A DNA stretch of 64,000 nt from Actinomycetes bacterium (GTDB lineage Bacteria > Actinomycetota > Thermoleophilia > RBG-16-64-13): NCBI GenBank assembly GCA_021372435.1, contig JAJFUK010000086.1, positions 7,307 through 71,306 on the forward strand, given 5' to 3'. This document shows positions 54,172 through 62,411 of the stretch, one piece after another (positions within the stretch are counted from its first letter, which is position 1; each line of letters begins with the position of its first letter). The notes under the pieces were generated by a model. It saw only the letters and a program-made list of their open reading frames with translations. It searched no databases and had not been told where the DNA came from. Both the position numbers and the translations under genes were made by a program.

Positions 54172-54639
54172 CTATTGCTCGAGCGAGGCTATCAGGTCCA
54201 GTATTTCGCCGTCAGGCGGTATGTCGCTCATGTCATGCCCGTAGTGGACGAAGCGGGCGATGCCGGACTTGTCCACCAGCACCTGCGCCGGCATCCGGCC
54301 GAGCTTGAACAGCTTGATCTCCTGTCCGTAGAGCTTGAGGACGCTGTGTTTGGGATCGGGAAGACCGACGAAGGGCAGATCGTTGTTCTGCCAATAGGAA
54401 GCAAAGGCTTCAGCGTCCTCGGGACCAACGACCACGATCATCGTGCCGGATTCCTGGAACTTCTCGTAGTCTTGGCGCAACTGCGCCATATGCGCCCGGC
54501 AGAACGGTCACATGAAGCCGCGATTGAAGACCAGCAGCACATTCGACCGACCATGCTGGTCGGACAGTCTGAACGTCGCTCCGGTGTAGTCGGTCAACTC
54601 GAAATCGGGAGCCGGAGCCGTGAGATTGACTTTGGGCAC
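54172..54639 (-). CDS. peroxiredoxin-like (AhpC/TSA-redoxin) selenoprotein, Sec44 encoded by in-frame TGA
   Basis: The ORF track splits this gene into 54508..54921 and 54172..54489, which are in the same frame. GTG start 54639 lies 5 nt after AGGAGGAG. The product reads VPKVNLTAPAPDFELTDYTGATFRLSDQHGRSNVLLVFNRGFM-U(TGA 54510-54508)-PFCRAHMAQLRQDYEKF.... The TGA sits exactly at the first Cys of the family's CPFC/CxxC redox motif. selA/selB/selC lie in the same window. Confidence 0.8.
54473..54488 (-). promoter_or_regulatory. candidate bacterial SECIS hairpin
   Basis: mRNA UGGCGC-AGUU-GCGCCA: a perfect 6-bp stem with a 4-nt loop, starting 19 nt after the UGA. This is within the spacing range used by SelB-dependent SECIS elements. 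Confidence 0.45.
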
Positions 54640-54992
54640 TGTTCTCCTCCTGGTTCTTGGGGCTGATGAGCCGGAAAAGCATCTCCGGCCGAGATCAGCA
54701 GTCCTTATAGTCCTCGACGGGCATCCCGCCGGCGGGCCGCACCGCACAGGTCCAAGGGTGGCTCCCTGTGCTCGACCTGCTCCTGCCGCCGCCGGCATGC
54801 CTCCTGCCGTCTTGGTGAAGATCATTTCCCCAATACCGTAGCTACGTAACAAGTGACACGTGGCGTACGTGGTGTATGGCCCTACGAAGTCACGACGCCC
54901 TCTGGACCCGAGGCGTCCCAAGGACTAGTCTAGAAGTGCGGGAGTCCGGCGCCGACCGTCGGCGGGCCGGGAGCGAAGTAAGGAGGTCGCAG

Positions 54993-55214
54993 ATGTCCGG
55001 TGGCGTGTACAAGGTGATCGAGCTGGTTGGAACAAGCACCGAGTCCTGGGAGGCGGCTGCAAAGTCGGCCATCGAAGCGGCGACGGCGACCCTGCAGGAC
55101 ATCCGCGTAGCCGAGGTCGTCAAGATGGACGTGCGGCTCGATCAGAACAAGATCGTCGAATACCGCACGCGGCTTACGGTCTCGTTCAAGTATCACAAGG
55201 AGCTGAGCGACTAG
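54993..55214 (+). CDS. dodecin-family flavin-binding protein
   Basis: ATG 54993 follows AAGGAGG. MSGGVYKVIELVGTSTESWEAAAKSAIEAATATLQDIRVAEVVKMDVRLD...YRTRLTVSFKY matches the dodecin pattern. Confidence 0.85.
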   Translation: MSGGVYKVIELVGTSTESWEAAAKSAIEAATATLQDIRVAEVVKMDVRLDQNKIVEYRTRLTVSFKYHKELSD

Positions 55215-55264
55215 CCCGACAAGACCACCCGCCGGTCACTGTAGCTTCACAGCGCAGGGTGTGG

Positions 55265-55699
55265 TCAGGCCGCAGTGACCGGACGGACCTTAGCACCGTC
55301 GTCGCGTTCCTCTGCCGTGGTCGTGTGCGCGCCGTGTTCGTGCGCCGCGGCCGGTCGCAGCGAGAAAGTCGACGGTTTCTGTGCCTGCTGCTTCCACTCG
55401 TCGAGCACCGCTTGATTCGGGAGAGGGAGTGGCTGCATCCCGACGATCTGACAGGCGCGTTCATAGATGCAGTCTGACTCGTGCGTGCACTCGCCCGCCG
55501 AGATCTCGAACGGGGCGTGACAGTAGATGCAGCACAAGGTATGAAGATCCCACCATGGCGTGCGGACCAAACGCTCAAGCACCCAACGCATGCGCCGCCA
55601 GTCATAGCAGACCGTCTCCACATCCGCCGAAAGCCTGTCGACTTCGCGCGTGCTCGGAACACGATTCTCGAACACCGTCGCCTCTCCTTGGGAATCCAT
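55265..55699 (-). CDS. hypothetical Cys/His/Trp-rich protein
   Basis: 144 aa, LHTLCCIYCHAPFEISAGECTHESDCIYERAC. Amino-acid composition is unlike the Arg/Pro-rich shadow ORFs. I recognise no family. Confidence 0.45.
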   Translation of the reverse strand: MDSQGEATVFENRVPSTREVDRLSADVETVCYDWRRMRWVLERLVRTPWWDLHTLCCIYCHAPFEISAGECTHESDCIYERACQIVGMQPLPLPNQAVLDEWKQQAQKPSTFSLRPAAAHEHGAHTTTAEERDDGAKVRPVTAA

Positions 55700-55794
55700 G
55701 CCCTATGGGCGCAAATCAGTTATCGGCAGATGCAGGCCGTGGGATGATACCCGCCGGGGGACGTTGTCCAAAACGGGCGGCGGTACCGAAGAGA

Positions 55795-57045
55795 CTAACT
55801 TCCGACGTTCGCAGCCAACGCGTCCCGGTCGGCCTCTGTCGCCGCAACTCTGTCGGAGGCGATCCGCTCCGCGCACTTCTGTGTCGCGGGGTCGAGTCGT
55901 AGGGTAAGGAAGAAGGCGACCACTGCCACCCCGCAGGCGGCAAAGAACGGGATCTGATAACCGACGAAATTGAGGATGAACCCGGCTGCCACCGGGACGA
56001 CGATCGCCGCTGCGTGTTGCATGGTGACGCCCATAGAGAGGCTGGGCGCCAGGTCGGCCGCGGTGGAGATCTTCCGTAGATAGGTAGATGCGCCCATGTA
56101 AGAAAGAGGCGCGATGATCGCGTAGATGAGATAGAAGACGCATGCCGCCCATACGTTGGGGGCGAGCGCATAGCCGGCCAGCGCCACGATGTACGACAGG
56201 TTGACGATGGAGAGGAAGCGACGTTCCCCGAACCGGTCGATGCTGCGCCCCAGTCGCGACACCGTCAGCATGCATCCCAACGTCACGGCGATCATGACCA
56301 AGGAGATCTGCGCCACTCCCAAGCCGAAATGATTGACAAGCACCCAGAGGCCGAAGGAGAAGAACACCTGCTGCCGCGCTCCATCCAAGAACACCAGAGC
56401 GTAGTAGTAGCGGTAATCCCTGCGGAACACGATACGCTCGCGTTTGGGCGCGAAGCGGCGAAGACGTCCTTCGTGGAGGTGCGGGAAACGGACTATGGCA
56501 AGAGCTCCGATGATGCCGGCGATCGCGAGGATGATGAACGTCGGGCGGTAGGACACCAGTTTGAAGTGGAAGAGCAGGAAGACCATGACAAGGGCGACGA
56601 ACGTCCCGATCTGGCCCGCGGCCGACATGCGTCCCAGGACCGAGCCGGTCCTGTCCTCTGTGGTAAGGCTCATCCCGAGTGCTACCTGGGTCTGCAGTAC
56701 CATGTGCAGGCCGAAGCTGCCCAGGAGGGTCCAGGGAAGCACCGTCCAGAAGTCGGTTGCGACCGTGAAAAGGACGTAGCTGATGGAGAGCACGACCAGG
56801 GCTCCGGCGGTGAGCGCCTGCAGAGAGACCCGGTAGAAGAGGGCCGCAAGGAAGATGAGGATGAAACCGCCCAGCTCCCTGATGGCCGTCCAGTAGCCGA
56901 ACTGCGGGCCCGATAGATGCAGCACCTCTTCCAGGTAGTTGGTCACGATGCTGGAGTGGGCGTTCGAGGCGAAGCCGAAGGCCGCCGACATGACCGCGAG
57001 CATGATGAACCCGCGGCCCGCAGGGGTTCGCCACATCTCACGCAT
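55795..57045 (-). CDS. MFS transporter
   Basis: 416 aa with about 12 TM helices and a typical MFS layout. The alternate-frame ORF 55703..57034 is a shadow ORF. Confidence 0.85.
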   Translation of the reverse strand: MREMWRTPAGRGFIMLAVMSAAFGFASNAHSSIVTNYLEEVLHLSGPQFGYWTAIRELGGFILIFLAALFYRVSLQALTAGALVVLSISYVLFTVATDFWTVLPWTLLGSFGLHMVLQTQVALGMSLTTEDRTGSVLGRMSAAGQIGTFVALVMVFLLFHFKLVSYRPTFIILAIAGIIGALAIVRFPHLHEGRLRRFAPKRERIVFRRDYRYYYALVFLDGARQQVFFSFGLWVLVNHFGLGVAQISLVMIAVTLGCMLTVSRLGRSIDRFGERRFLSIVNLSYIVALAGYALAPNVWAACVFYLIYAIIAPLSYMGASTYLRKISTAADLAPSLSMGVTMQHAAAIVVPVAAGFILNFVGYQIPFFAACGVAVVAFFLTLRLDPATQKCAERIASDRVAATEADRDALAANVGS

Positions 57046-57141
57046 GCAGGGTCCTTTCGTACCAGCGCCTGGGGGATCCGGGGGGTCGCCGGTCTGGAGG
57101 AGGCGTCATGCCCTCGCACCGACGACCCGGAGGGTCTAGCG

Positions 57142-57150
57142 ATTGTACTA
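57142..57150 (-). promoter_or_regulatory. candidate -10 element TAGTACAAT upstream of MFS gene
   Basis: Same 9-mer as 8466-8474, ~95 nt upstream of the ATG at 57045. It is embedded in the small palindrome GCGAT TGTACTAC ATCGC. Confidence 0.3.
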
Positions 57151-57194
57151 CATCGCCGTTTGCCTGCGCCGCCGCCCGGTTGTACCTTGGTCGG

Positions 57195-58169
57195 ATGACC
57201 TCCGAACCGACCACCCCGTCGACGCCGGGCGCGTCGCCCCAGCAGGGCGCATCCTCCGGAGCAACGCCGGTCACGACTCGGCGCGACTCTTTGACCGCTG
57301 TGGCGCTCGTGGTGGTTGTGGGCCTGCTCATGCAGGCGGGCTCGGCGGTGGCCGTCATGGTGATCGATTCGGTCGGAGTGGTCGAGGCCTTGTGGCTGCG
57401 GACCGCCCTTGCGGCCATCATCCTCACGGCGGCCCGTCCCCGCCTGGCCCGTTTGCCCAAGAAGGGCGACCGTCTTTTGGTCATCGCTCTGACTATCAGT
57501 CTGGTGAGTATGAACCTCTGCTTCTACGAGGCCATCAGCCGGGCCGCCGTGGGGATCGTGGTGGCGGTGGAATTCCTGGGTCCCCTGGGGGTGGCGGTGG
57601 CCGGTTCGCACCGGCCGTTGGACCTGCTGTGGGTGGTGCTTGCAGGAGGTGGGGTGACGCTCCTCGCCAGGCCGAGCGGCTCGGTCGGAGTGACGGGGCT
57701 GCTGTTCGCACTGGGAGCCGCCGCCTGCTGGGCGGCGTTCATCGTCCTCGCGAAGAGGACGGTCGCTCGGATCGAACCGCTGCGGGCGACCATCCTGATG
57801 CTCATCGGAGCGGCGGTCATCATCACGCCCATCTGGGTGGCTACCGGGGTCAAGATCGTAGGCTACGGCCGGGCGCTTCTTCTCGGTTTGGCAGTGGCCC
57901 TCCTGTCGTCGGCGCTTCCCTATTTCCTGGAACTGGCCGCCATCAAACGGGTGCGCGCCTCTACGTACAGCGTCTTACTCAGCATCGAGCCGGCCATCGC
58001 GGCTCTGATGGGATTCCTCATACTCTCACAGCGTCTGGCCTATCGGGATATCGGCGCGATCTTGGCGATCATCGCGGCGGCTGCGGGAGCCAGTTGGGCC
58101 GCTACGACGGAAAGAGGTCTCCGGAGGCGGCCGCGCCCGCCCGATGAGCGCTGGAGGGCGGGCTCCTGA
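57195..58169 (+). CDS. EamA/DMT-family transporter (RhtA-like)
   Basis: Start ATG 57195 (MTSEPTTP). 10 TM helices. Motif: LCFYEAISRAAVGIVVAVEFLGPLGVAV. Confidence 0.8.
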   Translation: MTSEPTTPSTPGASPQQGASSGATPVTTRRDSLTAVALVVVVGLLMQAGSAVAVMVIDSVGVVEALWLRTALAAIILTAARPRLARLPKKGDRLLVIALTISLVSMNLCFYEAISRAAVGIVVAVEFLGPLGVAVAGSHRPLDLLWVVLAGGGVTLLARPSGSVGVTGLLFALGAAACWAAFIVLAKRTVARIEPLRATILMLIGAAVIITPIWVATGVKIVGYGRALLLGLAVALLSSALPYFLELAAIKRVRASTYSVLLSIEPAIAALMGFLILSQRLAYRDIGAILAIIAAAAGASWAATTERGLRRRPRPPDERWRAGS

Positions 58170-58213
58170 CCTCTTCGGGCGAACATAGGACCGGCGGCGG
58201 CACGAAGTCGGCT

Positions 58214-59095
58214 GTGGCTGCTCTGGCGGGCCAGTCCGTGTTTCTCGGCTACAACTGGGTGGTCATGAAAGTGGGTCTGGAGTACTCAGACCCGTGGCCT
58301 TTTACAGCGCTTCGCACCACTCTGGGGGCCGTGGCCCTTTTCATAGTGCTGATTGTTCTTCGCCGGCCGTTAGGTCCCCGCCGCCCCCTTGCCACTATGC
58401 TCCTCGGCCTGCTGCAGACGACGGGCATGATCGGGCTGCTCATGTGGGCGCTCGAGACAGGGGCGGCAGGCAGGGTGTCGGCCCTCGTCTACACGATGCC
58501 GTTCTGGTCGCTGATGCTGGGCCGGGCGTTCTTGGGAGAACGCATGCAAGGACTTCACTGGTTCGCCGCGGGTCTGTCGCTTGCCGGGCTTGTGTTGGTC
58601 CTGGACCCACTGCATCTGGGCGGCAGCCTCCTCAGCAAAGCTCTGGCCATCGCCTCAGGCATCTCGTGGGCGGCGAGCGCCGTCGTCGCCCGGTGGATGA
58701 ACAGGCAGGGTCCCTCGGATGTGATCAACCTCACCGCTTGGCAGATGCTCTACGGGAGCGTGCCTCTCATCGTGATCGCCGTGCTCGTGCCGGCCCGGCC
58801 GATCAAGTGGTCCGGCCAGTTCATCGCCGCGTTGGCCTACAATGTGATCCCCGCGACCGCCATCTCCTGGGTCTTGTGGCTGTTTGTCCTCCAGGTCCTG
58901 CCCGCGGGGATCGCAGGCATCAGCACTCTCGCCACTCCAGTCATCGGGATAGTCTCGGCCGTCATTCAATTGGGAGAACGGGTCTCGCCGATGGAGGCCG
59001 CGGGGATGGCCTGTATTCTGGCGGCTTTGCTCGTGCTGGTAGTGCCCGGTCTACCGCGGCGGGGTAAGAACTCGTCTCAGAAGCAAGAGGAGTGA
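58214..59095 (+). CDS. EamA/DMT-family transporter
   Basis: 293 aa with a GTG start, 10 TM helices and two EamA halves. Confidence 0.82.
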   Translation: MAALAGQSVFLGYNWVVMKVGLEYSDPWPFTALRTTLGAVALFIVLIVLRRPLGPRRPLATMLLGLLQTTGMIGLLMWALETGAAGRVSALVYTMPFWSLMLGRAFLGERMQGLHWFAAGLSLAGLVLVLDPLHLGGSLLSKALAIASGISWAASAVVARWMNRQGPSDVINLTAWQMLYGSVPLIVIAVLVPARPIKWSGQFIAALAYNVIPATAISWVLWLFVLQVLPAGIAGISTLATPVIGIVSAVIQLGERVSPMEAAGMACILAALLVLVVPGLPRRGKNSSQKQEE

Positions 59096-59112
59096 GCAGG
59101 CGCCGGCCGGGG

Positions 59113-59316
59113 TCAGACCTTTCCTTCCTCGACCAAGCGCGCGAAATGGGCGAACGAACGGTCATAGGTGCGCTCTGCGTCTTTTGGGAAAGCGCAGGCC
59201 GGCAGTTCTCTGCTCCGAAGATGGTAGGCGATGCAGTCGCAGCAGACCCCCTTGCGGGAGCAAGGCTCGTAGCTGCACGTGCAACGGGCCAGGTTGGTAT
59301 CGTTCTTGCAGTCCAC
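59113..59316 (-). CDS. small Cys-rich protein (DUF6485-like)
   Basis: GTG 59316 lies 6 nt after AAGGAG. 67 aa: (M)[45 protein letters not shown].... I recognise this C-x-C...C...CC-x-C..YH pattern as DUF6485. The longer ORF-track N-terminus is unlikely to be coding. Confidence 0.65.
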   Translation of the reverse strand: MDCKNDTNLARCTCSYEPCSRKGVCCDCIAYHLRSRELPACAFPKDAERTYDRSFAHFARLVEEGKV

Positions 59317-59401
59317 GGGGCGCTCCTTGCGACGCACACTCACCGGCTTGGATGTGGGACGGACTTGCGGCCGATCTCCCCTGGTGGCATCATGCCGCAT
59401 C

Positions 59402-60337
59402 ATGCGGGGTTTGACCATAACCGAGTTGGAAGACGCAAGCGGCGTTCCGCGAAGCACCATCTACTTCTATGTGCGGGAAGGCCTGCTTCCAGTCGCGCAG
59501 AAAGCCGCGGTCAGCCGCGCCGTGTATCCCGAATCGTATGTCGATCTGCTGAGCGAGATAGCGGCGCTCAAGGCCGAAGGGTTGTCTCTTCAGACCATCA
59601 AAGAGCGGCTGTCGGCGCGCATCGCCTCCGCAGGCGCCTCCGACGTCGATCTGATCGCCGAGCAGGCAGAGCAGGTCAAGCGTTCGATCCTCCATGCCGC
59701 CGCCCGCCTGTTCGCACGCAGAGGCTACAAACGTACCCGCATAGCAGACATCATCAAAGAGGCCGGGGTCACTCCGCCGGTCTTCTACGACCACTTCATC
59801 TCTAAGCAGCAACTGTTCGCCGAAGCCTTCGGACTCCTCAGCGGGTGGATGAGCGGGTTCCTGCAAAGCCGGCTCGCGGGCGAGCCGGACCCAGCGGCGC
59901 GCGAACTGGCCAGGGTGCAGTGCTACGTCGGTTTCCAGACCCTCAGCCCCGATCTGATGTCTTTGGCCCGTTCCGAGGCCCTGCAGGAAGCCGGGGAGAT
60001 GCGTGCAGAGGTCGAGCGCTCCTACAAAGACATGGTCCGCGGTACCTTAGAGGACCTGGTAAGACTGCGCGGGCAAAGCGGGGTCTCCCTGCCTGTCTCG
60101 GACGAGCTGGTCGCGTTCGGGCTACTCGGCAGCGTCGAGGACATCGTTATGCGCGCTTCCTGGGATGAGCAGTATTCGACCGAGCGCATCCTCTGGACGA
60201 CTCTCTGTATGTACCTGGCCGTGGAAGCGCTCTACACCGGTCGACTGGACGTCAGCGAGAGGTTGACCGCATACGCCGACAGGATCCGGCGGTTGGCCGC
60301 TGCGCCTCCCGTCATGCCTCCTGAGGCCCGTCCTTGA
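59402..60337 (+). CDS. transcriptional regulator with MerR-type HTH fused to a TetR-family module
   Basis: [30 protein letters not shown] is MerR-like. After a coiled linker, [44 protein letters not shown] is a TetR_N HTH. A TetR-like helical C-domain follows. Confidence 0.78.
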   Translation: MRGLTITELEDASGVPRSTIYFYVREGLLPVAQKAAVSRAVYPESYVDLLSEIAALKAEGLSLQTIKERLSARIASAGASDVDLIAEQAEQVKRSILHAAARLFARRGYKRTRIADIIKEAGVTPPVFYDHFISKQQLFAEAFGLLSGWMSGFLQSRLAGEPDPAARELARVQCYVGFQTLSPDLMSLARSEALQEAGEMRAEVERSYKDMVRGTLEDLVRLRGQSGVSLPVSDELVAFGLLGSVEDIVMRASWDEQYSTERILWTTLCMYLAVEALYTGRLDVSERLTAYADRIRRLAAAPPVMPPEARP

Positions 60338-60338
60338 C

Positions 60339-62411
60339 TTGATGAGCATGCTCCGCGTCACGGTCGACGGCGGGGAGATCGAGGCGGGAGAGGGTCGCAC
60401 CGTGCTGCAGACGTGCCTCGACGCCGGCGTATACGTCCCTCATCTGTGCTCGCATCCCGACCTTCATCCGGCCGGGGTCTGCAGGCTGTGCCTCGTCGAG
60501 ATCGAGGGGCGGGACGGTCTCTTCACATCCTGCACGACGCCGGTGGAAGACGGTATGAGCGTGCTAACAGGCACCGAGCGGGTCAAGCGGGTGAGGAGGT
60601 TGTCGGCGGAGCTTCTTCTGGCCAATCACCCTGCCGACTGTGCATCATGCCCGGTCTACCTCGACTGCGAGCTGCAATCTCTGATGCAGTACCTCGAGTT
60701 CACCGACGCGCGCATCCGCAAAAGGTTGAACCTCACAGCGCCCGTCGAGTCGAACCCTCTGATCGTGCACGATATGGTCCGCTGTATCGCGTGCGGTAGG
60801 TGTATCCGAGCCTGTTCCGAACTGCGCGGGGTCGATGCTCTCACCTTCGTCAAGAAAGGCGAGAACCTCATGGTGGGACCACGCGAGGGGGGAAATCTGG
60901 CCGCCGCCGGGTGTAGGTTCTGCGGCGCCTGTGTGGAGGTCTGTCCGACCGGCGCGATCCGCGATCAGACGAGTGTGTTCGAGAAGTACAAGAACAAGAG
61001 GGCCGCCCTCGTTCCCTGCAGAGAGACCTGCCCCGCCGGTATCGACGTGCCGCGGTACATACGGTTCGTCAAAGAGGGCAAGGACGGCTACGCCACCGCG
61101 GTAGTGCGGGAAAAAGTCCCCTTCCCGGGCACGCTGGGGTATGTCTGTCCCCACCCCTGCGAGTTCGATTGCCGTAGGGAGCGCCTCGACGAGAGCACGG
61201 CCATCAAGAGCATCAAGCGGTATGCGGCCGAGCACGATGACGGTGCGTGGAAAGAGAAGGGTTATCGGAAGGCTCCCACCGGCAGGCGGGTCGCCGTCGT
61301 CGGCGCCGGGCCGGCCGGCCTGACCGCCGCCTACTACCTTGCGAAGTCGGGCCATGATGTAACCGTGTTCGAGAGGCTGGACCGACCCGGCGGGATGCTG
61401 CGGGTGGGAGTGCCCCCGTACCGGCTCCCGCGGGAGGTGCTGGATGAGGAAATCGCCCATATCCGCTCCATCGGAGTCGACATCACATGCGGCGCGGCCG
61501 TCGAGCGCGTCGAAGCGCTCAAGAAGGATGGCTATGATGCCGTGCTGGTTGCGGTCGGCACCCATCAGGGCGTGAAGCTGCGCATCCCTGGAGCGGAATC
61601 GGCAGACGTCCTTGCCGGGATCGACTTCTTGAAGAGGGCCAACCTCGGCGAGGCCGTCGCCCTAGGAGACAAGGTGCTTGTCTTGGGCGGGGGGAGCGTG
61701 GCTTTCGACTGCGCTGGGGTGGCGCGAAGGCTGGGTGCGAAGGAGGTCGCTCTGGCCTGCCTTGAGCCTCGAGACGCGATGTTGGCGAACGAGGAGGAGG
61801 TCGAGGAAGCGCTGGCGGAAGGCTCCGCCCTCTACAATTCCCTCACGTTCGAAGAGATCATCGCCGAAGGCGGCGGGATCACCGGCGTGCGCTGCCGCAG
61901 GGTCACGTCATGCACTTTCGACGAGGACGGTCTGCCCCTCATATGCGTAGAACCGGACTCAGACTTCGTCCTGCCGGCCGGTGCGGTGATATTCGCGGTG
62001 GGGCAAAGGCCCGATCTTCGGCCGGAGTTCGGTGTCCGGCTGGGCAGAGGCAACCGGATCGTCCTCAAGGAAGGTACCGCCAGCCACACCGAGGCCCCCG
62101 GCGTGTTCGCCGCGGGAGATGCCGTGCAGGGGACGGCGTCGGTAGTGACCGCTATCGCCCACGGGAGAGAGGCCGCCCGTGAGATCGACCTCTACCTCCA
62201 CGGCGATGGGGTGATCGATGAGGTGTTGGCCCCCAGGGTGGCTGGAAACCCGTGGATAGGACGGGAAGAGGGCTACGTATCACGGTACCGCTGCGGCTAC
62301 GAGCCGGTCGAAGCGCGACGATGTCTACAGTGTGACCTAAGGCTGGACATCGCGCCTCGGAAATTCTGGGGCGAATATGGGCCTACGTCGAGACAGACGG
62401 GCAAAGGGTAG
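60339..62411 (+). CDS. multidomain Fe-S flavoprotein: 2Fe-2S + NuoG-type 4Fe-4S + 2x[4Fe-4S] + GltD-like FAD/NAD(P)H oxidoreductase
   Basis: CSHPDLHPAGVCRLCLVEIEG (2Fe-2S), HPADCASCPVYLDCELQ, CIACGRCIRAC, CRFCGACVEVCP, CPAGIDVPRY...CPHPCEFDC (GltD N-terminal clusters), VVGAGPAGLTAAYYLA, FAAGDAV. Confidence 0.88.
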   Translation: MMSMLRVTVDGGEIEAGEGRTVLQTCLDAGVYVPHLCSHPDLHPAGVCRLCLVEIEGRDGLFTSCTTPVEDGMSVLTGTERVKRVRRLSAELLLANHPADCASCPVYLDCELQSLMQYLEFTDARIRKRLNLTAPVESNPLIVHDMVRCIACGRCIRACSELRGVDALTFVKKGENLMVGPREGGNLAAAGCRFCGACVEVCPTGAIRDQTSVFEKYKNKRAALVPCRETCPAGIDVPRYIRFVKEGKDGYATAVVREKVPFPGTLGYVCPHPCEFDCRRERLDESTAIKSIKRYAAEHDDGAWKEKGYRKAPTGRRVAVVGAGPAGLTAAYYLAKSGHDVTVFERLDRPGGMLRVGVPPYRLPREVLDEEIAHIRSIGVDITCGAAVERVEALKKDGYDAVLVAVGTHQGVKLRIPGAESADVLAGIDFLKRANLGEAVALGDKVLVLGGGSVAFDCAGVARRLGAKEVALACLEPRDAMLANEEEVEEALAEGSALYNSLTFEEIIAEGGGITGVRCRRVTSCTFDEDGLPLICVEPDSDFVLPAGAVIFAVGQRPDLRPEFGVRLGRGNRIVLKEGTASHTEAPGVFAAGDAVQGTASVVTAIAHGREAAREIDLYLHGDGVIDEVLAPRVAGNPWIGREEGYVSRYRCGYEPVEARRCLQCDLRLDIAPRKFWGEYGPTSRQTGKG

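Noticed and set aside
54640-54921. Upstream part of ORF 54508..54921 (MGRLGSRGRR...) as the N-terminus of the peroxiredoxin-like protein
   Set aside because: Its sequence is non-protein-like. The redoxin fold begins at VPKVNLTAPAPDFEL, and a strong AGGAGGAG RBS precedes GTG 54639.
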